Of a DNA stretch of 64,000 bases, positions 55,047-64,000 are shown in pieces. Source of the DNA: Thermoleophilia bacterium (GTDB taxonomy: Bacteria; Actinomycetota; Thermoleophilia; Gaiellales; F1-60-MAGs149); NCBI GenBank assembly GCA_037133755.1, contig JBAXNN010000007.1, positions 26,545 through 90,544 on the forward strand, given 5' to 3'. How positions within the stretch are numbered: the first letter of the stretch is position 1; the number at the start of each line of letters is the position of its first letter. The notes under the pieces were generated by a model that ran no database searches, was not told where the DNA came from, and worked only from the letters and a program-made list of their open reading frames with translations. The translations under genes were made by a program, and so were the position numbers.

Positions 55047-56731
55047 CAGCCGTTCTGGTGGATGATGTCCCACGGGATCTTGGACAGGCCGATCAGGAAG
55101 GGCTCGCTGAGCCCGCCCCAGTTCTTGGAGTAGGCCGCAATCGACTGCTTCTGGGCGACCCAGAGGTAGGGGAGATCCGTGTTGAGGGTGTCCTGCATCT
55201 GCCAGACGATGTCCTTGCGCTTGGCAGCGTCGAGCGTCACGCCCTGCTCCGCGTAGAGCTTGTCGTACGCCGGGTTGCAGTAGCCCGTGTCGCTCCAGCC
55301 ACCAAGCTGGTTGCACAGGACGACGGAGAGCATGAAGTCCGGATCGATGTAGCCGACCCAGTCCCAGATCGCCATGTCGAAGTCCTCGTACTTCCAGTCC
55401 GGCGCACCGATCGCCTCGAAGGCGGCGGTGGAGTCGAGCTTCTTCGACGTGATCGTGATGCCGAGCTCGGCCCACGAGGTCTTGAGGATCTCGAAGAGGC
55501 GGTCGATGCCCTCGACGTTCTCGGGGGTGATGACCTCCCACTCGAACTTGGACCCGTCGGGACCGACGCGGATGCCGTCGGCGCCACGCTTGTACCCGGC
55601 GTCGTCGAGCATCTTGTTGGCAGCGGCGATGTCGTACGCCGGCGGCTTGATGTCCGTGTTCATGTACGGCGCCGAGAGGGGCGTGAGCAGCGTCGCCGAC
55701 GGCACGCCGTAGCCGGCGAGCACCGTGTCGATGATCTGCTGACGGTCGACGGCCACGTTGAGCGCCTGCTTGACCTTGGGGTCGAGCAGTTCCTTGTGGT
55801 TCTTCTTGTTCTTGTTGGAGTTGATCGGGATGTCGTAGAGGAACGACGAGTCGCCAATCTGGAGCGTGAACTTGGGATCAGCTGACCACTGTTTGGCGAG
55901 CGTCGGCGGCACCGTATCGGCCGAGTCGAGCTGACCACCCTTGAGCGCTGCCAGCATGGCGTCGGCGTTCTGGTACACGGTGATGCCGATCGCGTCGACG
56001 TGCGGCGCGGTGCGGTAATAGCCCGGGTTCTTCTTGAGGATCGTGGTGCCCTTCTTTTCGAACTTGTCGATGAAGAACGAGCCGCCGCCAACCTGTGGGC
56101 CGTCGCCGGTGGGATCCCACTTCTTGAGGCCCTTGCCCTTGTCGCCGACGATCGGCTCGACGATGTGCTGCGGGAGGATGAAGAACTGCTGCAGCTGCGG
56201 CAGCACATTGGAGGCGGCCTTGTCGTAGGTGATCACGACCGTCGTGTCGTCCGGTGCCTCGAGCTTCGTGGCATGCGCAAGGAACGGCGCGAGCATGGCA
56301 GCGGGGCCATCGGAGTACTTGATGATCAGGTTGCCCGTGAAGGCCGCGTCGGCCGCCGTCATCGGCTTGCCGTCGGACCACGTGGCGCCCGGGGCGAGCT
56401 TGAACGTCCAGACCTTGCCATCGGCCGAGGTCTCCCATGAGTCGGCCCAGTCGCCGGTGATCTTGTAGTCGGCGTCGTACTGGACGAGCGTGGGGTAGGT
56501 CTCGGTCCAGAGGATGTAGGACAGTGCCGAGAAGCCCACGAAGGGGTTGATCGAGTCGGGGTACGACGTCGTACCCATGCGGAAGATGCCGCCTTCCTTC
56601 ACGGGTGTGTCGCCGGTCGCCGCAGTGTTGCCGCCTCCGCCACCGCCTGGGGTTGTGGACGCGCCGCCGCCACACGCAGCCAGCACGGCCATTGTGAGCA
56701 GTAGCACTGCTCCGATGATGATCTTGCGCAT
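55046..56731 (-). CDS. ABC substrate-binding lipoprotein, family 5 (OppA/DppA-like)
   Basis: Lipobox LAA-C; WSDGKPMTAAD, GGGSF, VRQAL-like VKQAL. Alternative ATG at 56749. Confidence 0.92.
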   Translation of the reverse strand: MRKIIIGAVLLLTMAVLAACGGGASTTPGGGGGGNTAATGDTPVKEGGIFRMGTTSYPDSINPFVGFSALSYILWTETYPTLVQYDADYKITGDWADSWETSADGKVWTFKLAPGATWSDGKPMTAADAAFTGNLIIKYSDGPAAMLAPFLAHATKLEAPDDTTVVITYDKAASNVLPQLQQFFILPQHIVEPIVGDKGKGLKKWDPTGDGPQVGGGSFFIDKFEKKGTTILKKNPGYYRTAPHVDAIGITVYQNADAMLAALKGGQLDSADTVPPTLAKQWSADPKFTLQIGDSSFLYDIPINSNKNKKNHKELLDPKVKQALNVAVDRQQIIDTVLAGYGVPSATLLTPLSAPYMNTDIKPPAYDIAAANKMLDDAGYKRGADGIRVGPDGSKFEWEVITPENVEGIDRLFEILKTSWAELGITITSKKLDSTAAFEAIGAPDWKYEDFDMAIWDWVGYIDPDFMLSVVLCNQLGGWSDTGYCNPAYDKLYAEQGVTLDAAKRKDIVWQMQDTLNTDLPYLWVAQKQSIAAYSKNWGGLSEPFLIGLSKIPWDIIHQNG

Positions 56732-56847
56732 CGAACCCTCCCTCTCCATGGAACCCTCCTCAGGGTGCTGCGCAGTCTAACCGCTTGGTCAGGAGGTGTG
56801 TACTGGTCGAGTGATCAGCGCCGCCGCGGCTGTGCGAGAATCGAACG

Positions 56848-57906
56848 GTGCAGTTGGACCTTGACGTCATCTCGCTCTACGCCGAGGGCTGTGCAATTCT
56901 CGGCACGGGTGGCGGTGGCGACATCTACGTGCCGACGCTCATCGCGCGCGAGGCACTGGCCGAATGTGGCGCTGTGCCAGTGATCGCCGCTACAGATCTG
57001 CCGGACGATGCACTGGTGCTCCCCGTCGGTGGCTGGGGCGCGCCAACGGTCTGCATCGAGAAGTTCGACTCGGGGGACGAAGGCCGGCTGCTGTGCGAGG
57101 CAGCCGAGGCGTGGTTTGGTCGCAAGGTCGATGCGCTCATGCCGTCGGAGATCGGTGGGGGAAACGGGGTGCAGTTGGTCTCCTGGTGCGCGCGGCTCGG
57201 GTTGCCGATGGTGGATGCCGACGGCATGGGCCGAGCATTCCCCGAAGGTGACATGTGCTCCATGCATCTGATGAACGTGCCGCCCTCGCCGGGCTTTTTC
57301 GCCGACGAGCGTGGTCGCGTCGTCACGGTGACGCCCGACGATGCGCACGGCCTCGAGGTGGCGGCGCGCCAGTGTGTGATCGAGTCGGGCGGTGTCTGCG
57401 CTGGCGCCGATCACCCGATGGACGGTGCGACCGTACGCGCCGCGACGATCCATGGCAGCGTGTCGCTGGCGCTTGCCATCGGCACAGCGCTTGAGGAGGG
57501 CGGTGTCGACGGTGTGCTCGAAGCCACGGCTGGTGTCCGCCTTGCCACGGGCAAAGTCGTGGATGTTGAGCGCCTGACGACCGACGGTTTCGCTCGCGGC
57601 GTGGTGCGGCTCGAGGGGACCGGCGACGATGCGGGGCGCTCGCTCACGATTCAGGTGCAGAACGAGAACCTGATCGCGACGGAGGGCGACCGCGTGCTCG
57701 CGTCGACGCCCGACCTGATCACGATTCTCGATGCCGGTACCGGCCGGGCTGTACCGACCGAACGCGTTCGCTACGGGCAGCGCGTCGCGATCGTCGGCAT
57801 CCCGTGCGCGCCGATCTGGCGCACGCAGCGCGGCCTCGAAGTCGCCGGGCCCGAGCGCTTCGGCTATCCCGGCCCGTGGCGACCGGTCGAGGAGCTCGCA
57901 CGATGA
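56848..57906 (+). CDS. DUF917 family protein
   Basis: GCAILGTGGGG, GAP, EIGGGNG, VDADGMGRAFPE, QNENL, PDLITILD, YGQRV. Confidence 0.88.
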   Translation: MQLDLDVISLYAEGCAILGTGGGGDIYVPTLIAREALAECGAVPVIAATDLPDDALVLPVGGWGAPTVCIEKFDSGDEGRLLCEAAEAWFGRKVDALMPSEIGGGNGVQLVSWCARLGLPMVDADGMGRAFPEGDMCSMHLMNVPPSPGFFADERGRVVTVTPDDAHGLEVAARQCVIESGGVCAGADHPMDGATVRAATIHGSVSLALAIGTALEEGGVDGVLEATAGVRLATGKVVDVERLTTDGFARGVVRLEGTGDDAGRSLTIQVQNENLIATEGDRVLASTPDLITILDAGTGRAVPTERVRYGQRVAIVGIPCAPIWRTQRGLEVAGPERFGYPGPWRPVEELAR

Positions 57907-59417
57907 GCGATCTGCGCATCGGGATCGACGTCGGCGGCACCAACACCGACGCCGTGCTGCTCGGCCCTGACAACGCATTGCTCGCCCGCTGCAAGACGCC
58001 GACGACCGCCGACCCGCTCGACGGCATCGCGACGGCGCTGGCCGCGGTCGCGCCCGACGATCGCAGCTCGGTGGGTATGGCCGCGCTCGGCACCACCCAC
58101 GCGTTGAACGCCATCCTGCGCCGCCGCGAGCTCGGCCGCGTCGCGGTGCTGCGACTCGCCGCACCGGCGACGCTGTCCGTGCCGCTCTTCGCCGACTGGC
58201 CTGCCGACCTGCGCGCGGCGATCGACGGCGGGGGCGCGATCGTGGCAGGCGGCGTGGAGATCGACGGACGGACGCACGCGCTTGACCCTGACGAGATCCG
58301 ACGTGTGCTCGCGGCCTGTGGTCCGGTGGATGCCGTGGCGATCGCGGGCATTTTCTCGATGCAGGATCCCTCGCAGGAGCTCGAGGCAGCGGCGCTTGTG
58401 CGCGCCGAGCTCGGCGACGACGTCGGCATCTCGCTGGGGCACCTGGTCGGTGGAGTGGGCCTCCTGGAGCGCGAGAACGCTGCGATTCTCAATGGTGCGC
58501 TCGGCGGCGTGGCGCGTCGCGTGATCGACGGCTTCGAGCAGGCGCTCGCCGGCTGCGGCCTTGCGGCTACGCCATTCCTCACGCAGAACGACGGCACGCT
58601 GATGTCGATCGAGCAGGCACGCGAACTGCCGGTGCTGACGATTGGCGGCGGCGCGTCCAATTCGATTCGTGGCGCCGGCGTGTTGACGGGCCTGACCGAC
58701 GCGCTGGTCATCGACGTGGGTGGCACCAGCACCGACGTTGGCGCGATCAGTGGTGGCTTTCCGCGCGAGTCGGCCTTCGGCGTGGAGCTTGGCGGAGTGC
58801 AGACGAATTTCCGCATGCCCGACGTCGTCTCCGTGGCGATTGGCGGTGGCACGATCGTGCATTCGAACGGCTCGCTCGGGCCGGAGAGCGTGGGGTACCG
58901 CATCGCCAACGACGCGCGCATCTTCGGCGGTGCTGTCGAGACCCTGTCGGACCTCGCGGTCGCTGCGGGGCGCGCGACGATGGGTGATCCCGCCCTGGCA
59001 GGAGCGCCACGACCGGAGGTGCTCGCGGCCGCCGACGCAATGGTGGCCGATGCCGTCGACCGCATGAAGCTCGTTGCGGGAGACACGCCGCTGATCGCGG
59101 TGGGCGGGGGCAGCGCGGTACTGCCCGATCAGATTCCCGGGTGCTCCGAGGTCCTGCGCCCTGCCGACTACGACGTGGCGAACGCGATCGGTGCCGCCGT
59201 CGGTCTGGTGAGTGGCGACGCCGAGCATGTGCTCGATCTGGGAGCCGATCGTGCGGCCGGCATAGAAGCCGTGCGGGCCGATGCCGCCGAACGTGCCCGC
59301 CGCGCCGGTGCGGCCGTCGAACTCCTCGAGGTGATCCGTGTGGATGAGGTGCCGCTGGCGTACACCGATCCGCCGATGTCGCGCGTGCGCGTCAAGGTCG
59401 CCGGACCGCCCGCCTAG
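57903..59417 (+). CDS. Hydantoinase/oxoprolinase family protein (A-type)
   Basis: IGIDVGGTNTDAVL, LGTTHALNAI, ERENAAILN, QNDGT, SNSIRGA, DVGGTSTDVG, GGGS, VANAIGAA. Confidence 0.9.
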   Translation: MSDLRIGIDVGGTNTDAVLLGPDNALLARCKTPTTADPLDGIATALAAVAPDDRSSVGMAALGTTHALNAILRRRELGRVAVLRLAAPATLSVPLFADWPADLRAAIDGGGAIVAGGVEIDGRTHALDPDEIRRVLAACGPVDAVAIAGIFSMQDPSQELEAAALVRAELGDDVGISLGHLVGGVGLLERENAAILNGALGGVARRVIDGFEQALAGCGLAATPFLTQNDGTLMSIEQARELPVLTIGGGASNSIRGAGVLTGLTDALVIDVGGTSTDVGAISGGFPRESAFGVELGGVQTNFRMPDVVSVAIGGGTIVHSNGSLGPESVGYRIANDARIFGGAVETLSDLAVAAGRATMGDPALAGAPRPEVLAAADAMVADAVDRMKLVAGDTPLIAVGGGSAVLPDQIPGCSEVLRPADYDVANAIGAAVGLVSGDAEHVLDLGADRAAGIEAVRADAAERARRAGAAVELLEVIRVDEVPLAYTDPPMSRVRVKVAGPPA

Positions 59418-59440
59418 CCCTCAGCGCCGCCCACGGGTGC

Positions 59441-61126
59441 TCAGCCGGTGTGGCCGATCGTGTCCCACGGGAGCTTCGAGACGTACACGAGGTACGGCGG
59501 GGTGATGCCGCCCCATGCGCCCTTGTAGGCGCGGATGAACTCGGACTGCGCGATGAAGATGTACGGGTGGTCGCGGTAGAGGATCTGTTGCATCTCGTGC
59601 ACGATCGCCTGCCGCTTGACCGGATCCATCTCGGTCGCCTGCTGGGCGTAGAGCGCGTCGTACTCCGGATTGCAGTACCCCGTATCCGACCAGTTGCCGT
59701 ACTGGTTGCACATCACCGTCGTCAGCATGAAGTCCGGGTCGATGTAGCCGATCCACGACCACATGTGGATGTCGAAATTCAGGTACTTGCCGTCCGGCGC
59801 CATCATCTCGTCCCAGGCGGCTGAGCCGTCCATCGGCTTGCCCGTTACCTCGATGCCGATCTTCTGCCAGTCGCCCTGCACGATCTCGAACTTGCGCTGC
59901 TGCCCCTGGATGTCGCTCGGCAGGATCACGTCGTAGCTCATGCGATCGCCGCTAGGCGTAAGGCGGATGCCGTCGGCGCCCTTCGGGTACCCGGCGTCGT
60001 CGAGGAGCTTGTTGGCGAGCGAGAGGTCGTACGTCTCGGGCGTGATCGTCTTGTCAAGGTACTCGCCGGCGATCGGCGTGAGGATGCTCGCTGCGGGCTC
60101 GGCGTACCCGTTGTAGACCGTCGCGATGATCTTCTCGCGATTGACGGCGTGCGCCATCGCCAGCTTCACCTGCGGGTCCAGCAACTCGCGGTGCTTCGTC
60201 TTCTTGGGATTCGAGTTGAAGCCGATGTTCACGACGTCGGGCACGAGGCCCTCGACGACCTGCACATCCGGCATCGCCTTGACCTGATCGACGAGCGTGA
60301 CCGGCACCTTGTCCATGGCGTCGATCTCACCGGCCTTGAACGCACTGACCATGGCATCGGGATTCTGGTAGACGGTCATGCCGACGGCATCGAGGTGCGG
60401 CTTGGGGCCGTAGTACCCGGGGTTGCGCTCGAGCAGGGTGGTGCCCTTCTCGTCGTACTGCTTGACGGTGAAGGGACCGCCACCGACCAGGGTTCCCTCG
60501 GCCTTCATGTCCCAAGTCAGGAGCTCTTTGCCGTTGTTGCCGACGTGCTGCTCGAAGACGTGCTTCGGCAGGATGTAGAACGGCTGCAGGTTCGACAGCG
60601 CGGTCGCCTTCGGCTTGGCGAACGTCACCTCGAGCGTGAGATCATCGATCGCCTTGACGGACTGCACGCCCGCGATGTAGGCGGCCATCAGGCCGGTGGC
60701 GCCCTTCCCGAACTTCTGCACGGTCTCGAACGTCCACACGGCATCGGCTGCGGTCAGCGGCTGGCCATCCGACCACTTGCCGGGGCGCAACGAGAACGTG
60801 TAGGTGCGGTTGTCATCGGAGACCGTCCACGATTCGGCCCAGTCGCCCGTCAACTGGTAGTTCTCGTCGTACTGGACGAGCGCTGGGTACATCTCCTGGA
60901 AGATGATGTACGAGACCTGATTCGATCCGACGAACGGGCTGATGCCGTCGGGCGGATCGGTGTAGCCGATGCGGAGAATGCCGCCGTCGACGACCTTCGC
61001 GGACGCGGTGGGTGCGTTGCCGTCACCGCCACCCGGCGTCGTGGAGGCTCCGCCGCCGCAGCCGGCAAGGACGAGGGCGAGCACGGAGAGCGCCAGCAGG
61101 GGGAGCGCGAGGCGGATCTTGATCAT
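59441..61126 (-). CDS. Second, orphan family-5 ABC substrate-binding lipoprotein (paralog of 55046-56731)
   Basis: Lipobox LAG-C; shares CGGGASTTPGGG and many blocks with the first binding protein; TAGGCT 6 nt before the ATG. Confidence 0.92.
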   Translation of the reverse strand: MIKIRLALPLLALSVLALVLAGCGGGASTTPGGGDGNAPTASAKVVDGGILRIGYTDPPDGISPFVGSNQVSYIIFQEMYPALVQYDENYQLTGDWAESWTVSDDNRTYTFSLRPGKWSDGQPLTAADAVWTFETVQKFGKGATGLMAAYIAGVQSVKAIDDLTLEVTFAKPKATALSNLQPFYILPKHVFEQHVGNNGKELLTWDMKAEGTLVGGGPFTVKQYDEKGTTLLERNPGYYGPKPHLDAVGMTVYQNPDAMVSAFKAGEIDAMDKVPVTLVDQVKAMPDVQVVEGLVPDVVNIGFNSNPKKTKHRELLDPQVKLAMAHAVNREKIIATVYNGYAEPAASILTPIAGEYLDKTITPETYDLSLANKLLDDAGYPKGADGIRLTPSGDRMSYDVILPSDIQGQQRKFEIVQGDWQKIGIEVTGKPMDGSAAWDEMMAPDGKYLNFDIHMWSWIGYIDPDFMLTTVMCNQYGNWSDTGYCNPEYDALYAQQATEMDPVKRQAIVHEMQQILYRDHPYIFIAQSEFIRAYKGAWGGITPPYLVYVSKLPWDTIGHTG

Positions 61127-61205
61127 GCAGTCAGCCTACCGCGACGTGTGGTTGTGGGCTAGGCCTGAAGAGCGTTTCTCACCGCCTCGGTACACTGCGC
61201 CCTCA

Positions 61206-63797
61206 ATGGACCGCCGCGCAGAACTCGAAGAACGCACCCGCTACGAGGCCCCTGAGGTCGAGGGGCGGATCTTCGCCGCGTGGCAGCAGGCCGACCTGTT
61301 CACGGCCAACCCCGAGGCTCCGGGCAAGCCGTACTGCATCCAGTTGCCGCCCCCCAACGTGACGGGCTCGCTGCACATGGGCCACGCCCTCAACGGTTCC
61401 GTGCAGGATCTGCTGATCCGCTGGCGCCGCATGCAGGGCCGCAACGTCCTCTGGCAGCCGGGCACCGACCACGCCGGCATCGCCACGCAGATGGTCGTCG
61501 AGCGCCAGCTCGCCGCCGACGGCATCACGCGGCACGACCTCGGCCGCGAGGCCTTCGTCGAGCGTGTCTGGGAGTGGAAGGAGTCGACCGGCTCCACGAT
61601 CATCGAGCAGTACAAGCGCCTCGGCACGTCGATGGACTACTCCCGCGAGCGCTTCACCATGGATGATCGCTACGCGCCCGCCGTGCAGCAGGTCTTCGTC
61701 GAGCTGCACGAGCGCGGCTACATCTATCGCGACAACTACCTCGTCAACTGGAGCGTGCCGCTGGCCACGGCGATCTCGGACCTCGAGGTCGAGCACAAGG
61801 ATGTGGATGACGTCCTCTACGAGGTTGCGTACGCGGTCGAGGGTGGCGGCGAGATTGTGATTGCCACGGTGCGGCCGGCCACGATTCTGGCCGACGTTGC
61901 GATCGCAGTGCACCCCGAGGATCCGCGCTACGCCGCCATGATCGGCAAGCAGGCGATCGTGCCGATGGTCCACCGCCGCATCCCGATCATCGCCGACGAG
62001 CGCGTCGAGATCGAGTTCGGCACCGGCGCGCTGAAGATCACACCGGGCCACGACCCCGTCGACTTCGAAGTCGGCCGCGACCATGGGCTCGAGGCGCTGT
62101 CGGCGATCGGCCTTGACGGCAAGATGACCGGCCTGATGCCCGAGTGGGAGGGTCTCACTGCGGAAGAGGGCCACGAGCGCGCCGTCGAGCATCTGCGTGC
62201 CAGCGGCGAATTGCGCGAGGAGATCCCGTACCGGCACTCCGTCGGCTTCTGCCAGCGGTCCGGTGCCCGCATCGAGCCGCTCATCTCGCTCCAATGGTTC
62301 TGCCGCATGGACGAGCTCGCCAAGCCGGCGATCGATGTCGTCAAGTCGAAGGAGGTGCGCTTCCACCCGGAGCGCATGGAGAAGATCTACCTCGACTGGA
62401 TGGAGGCGATCCGCCCCTGGTGCGTCTCGCGCCAGCTCTGGTGGGGCCACCGTCTGCCCGTCTGGTTCGCGCCCGACGGCTCGTACGTCGTGCAGGTCGA
62501 GCGCCCCGAGGGCGAGGGCTGGGAGCAGTCGACCGACGTGCTCGACACCTGGTTCTCGTCGGCGTTGTGGCCCTACGCGACGCTCGGCTGGCCCGAGCAG
62601 ACGCCCGAGCTCGCGAAGTGGTATCCGGGTGACGTCCTCGTCACCGGCCGCGACATCATCAACCTCTGGGTGGCGCGAATGATCATGACCGGCATCGCCT
62701 TTGCCGGTGGGATTCCCTTCACCGACGTCTACATCAACTCCACGATCCAGGCGGCCGACGGCCGGCGCATGTCGAAGTCGCTCGGCACGGGCGTCGATCC
62801 GCTCGACCTGATCGACCAGTACGGTGCCGACGCCACGCGCTACGGCCTGCTCAAGATGTGCTCCACGCAGGACGTGCGGTTCGCCGAGGGCATGATCGAC
62901 GAGGGTCGCGGGCTCGCCAACAAGCTGTTCAACGCCACGCGCCTCGTGCTGCTCAATGCGGATGCTGAGGCGCTCCCCGCGGCGAATGGTCTCCTGTCGG
63001 CTGATCGCTGGATCCTCGACCGCCTGGCGGCCACGATCGACGAGGTGACCGGCCAGTACGAGGAGTTCCAGTTCTCGGCGGCCACCAAGACCCTCTACTC
63101 CTTCATCTGGAACGAGTTCTGTGACTGGTACCTCGAGGCGATCAAAGCGCGCCTCTACGGCGACGACGCAGCCTCCAAGCGCGCGGCGTCCGAGACGGCA
63201 CTGCTCGTGATCGAGCGCACGCTCGGTTTGCTGCACCCGATGTGCCCCTTCGTGACGGAAGAGCTGTGGTCATTCCTGCCGCAGCGTGAGGGGCTCCTCG
63301 CCGTTGCCGCCTTCCCGACGACGGACGGCATTCCGCGCGATTCCGCTGCGGCGGCGACGGTTGGCGCGATCATCGAGGCCATCACCGGTCTGCGACGCCT
63401 GCGCCAGGACGCCGACCTCGGACCGAAGGCGCCCCTGACCGCCACGCTGTCTGGCGACGCCGACGCCGTGCGTGCCGAAGCGCCGCTGCTCGCCGCGTTG
63501 GGTGCCATCGAGCTGGTCGACACTGCCGCTGATGGGCCTGCAGTCCCGCTACCGGCGGGTACCGCCACGCTGCACATTCAGGGTGACGGGCTTGCCGGCA
63601 AACTGCGCGATCGCCTCGCCAAGCGCCTCGAAGAGGCCCGCGCCGAGGCGAAGAAGGCCGAGTCGAAGCTGGGCAACGCCAAGTTCGTCGAGCGCGCCCC
63701 GGAAGAGGTCGTTGCGGAGGAGCGCGAGCGCGTCGAGCGCTTTACGCGGGATGCCGCCGAGCTTGAGGCGCAGCTGGTCGCGCTCGACGCGGGCTGA
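61206..63797 (+). CDS. valS: Valine--tRNA ligase
   Basis: PPPNVTGSLHMGHAL (HIGH), DHAGIATQ, WCVSRQLWWGH, DVLDTWFSS, RMSKSLG (KMSKS), C-terminal coiled coil. Confidence 0.98.
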   Translation: MDRRAELEERTRYEAPEVEGRIFAAWQQADLFTANPEAPGKPYCIQLPPPNVTGSLHMGHALNGSVQDLLIRWRRMQGRNVLWQPGTDHAGIATQMVVERQLAADGITRHDLGREAFVERVWEWKESTGSTIIEQYKRLGTSMDYSRERFTMDDRYAPAVQQVFVELHERGYIYRDNYLVNWSVPLATAISDLEVEHKDVDDVLYEVAYAVEGGGEIVIATVRPATILADVAIAVHPEDPRYAAMIGKQAIVPMVHRRIPIIADERVEIEFGTGALKITPGHDPVDFEVGRDHGLEALSAIGLDGKMTGLMPEWEGLTAEEGHERAVEHLRASGELREEIPYRHSVGFCQRSGARIEPLISLQWFCRMDELAKPAIDVVKSKEVRFHPERMEKIYLDWMEAIRPWCVSRQLWWGHRLPVWFAPDGSYVVQVERPEGEGWEQSTDVLDTWFSSALWPYATLGWPEQTPELAKWYPGDVLVTGRDIINLWVARMIMTGIAFAGGIPFTDVYINSTIQAADGRRMSKSLGTGVDPLDLIDQYGADATRYGLLKMCSTQDVRFAEGMIDEGRGLANKLFNATRLVLLNADAEALPAANGLLSADRWILDRLAATIDEVTGQYEEFQFSAATKTLYSFIWNEFCDWYLEAIKARLYGDDAASKRAASETALLVIERTLGLLHPMCPFVTEELWSFLPQREGLLAVAAFPTTDGIPRDSAAAATVGAIIEAITGLRRLRQDADLGPKAPLTATLSGDADAVRAEAPLLAALGAIELVDTAADGPAVPLPAGTATLHIQGDGLAGKLRDRLAKRLEEARAEAKKAESKLGNAKFVERAPEEVVAEERERVERFTRDAAELEAQLVALDAG

Positions 63798-63802
63798 GCC
63801 TG

Positions 63803-64000
63803 ATGGATCGCGCCGGCGAGATCCTTCAGACCCGCACGATGTTCGGGATGGAGCTCGGGCTCGAGCGCATCACCGCGATCCTCGAGCACCTTGACAACCC
63901 GCAGCGCTCCTTCCACGCGATCCATGTCGTGGGGACCAACGGGAAGTCGTCGACGACGCGCTTTATCGCCGCGGCACTCGCCGCTCAGGGGGCAAAGACC
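63803..64000 (+). CDS. folC: Folylpolyglutamate synthase/dihydrofolate synthase, 3' end outside the window
   Basis: Manual translation MDRAGEILQTRTMFGMELGLERI...IHVVGTNGKSST; usual position after valS. Confidence 0.92.
   Translation, partial: MDRAGEILQTRTMFGMELGLERITAILEHLDNPQRSFHAIHVVGTNGKSSTTRFIAAALAAQGAKT

Overview
A 64 kb, ~68-70% GC chromosomal segment from an actinobacterium, most likely class Thermoleophilia (inferred from gene content and style, not from a marker search). It is mostly core or metabolic DNA: a sensor kinase plus GerMN lipoprotein, smpB, tmRNA, an AceE-like E1, tRNA-Gly(GCC), hutU/hutF, xerC, pntA1/A2/B, aceB, dtd, rimP-nusA-ylxR-infB, ilvD, recQ, a peptide/nickel-type ABC operon with DUF917 and a hydantoinase/oxoprolinase, valS and the start of folC. 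No CRISPR array, prophage or transposase was seen. Four observations stand out. (1) A perfect 19-bp hairpin buries the ABC permease start codon and is overlaid by an 11-codon mini-ORF coupled to both neighbours (TGATG, TAGATG), a candidate ribosome-relay switch. (2) A ~2,450-aa secreted protein has a strongly basic Ig-like N-half and a beta-rich C-half whose last ~1,020 residues contain no Lys, Arg or His. (3) NusA carries a C-terminal S4-like domain. (4) Leaderless promoter architecture is pervasive (TAnnnT 6-7 nt before the start codon in at least 12 genes). All calls were made by eye from motifs; no database searches were run.
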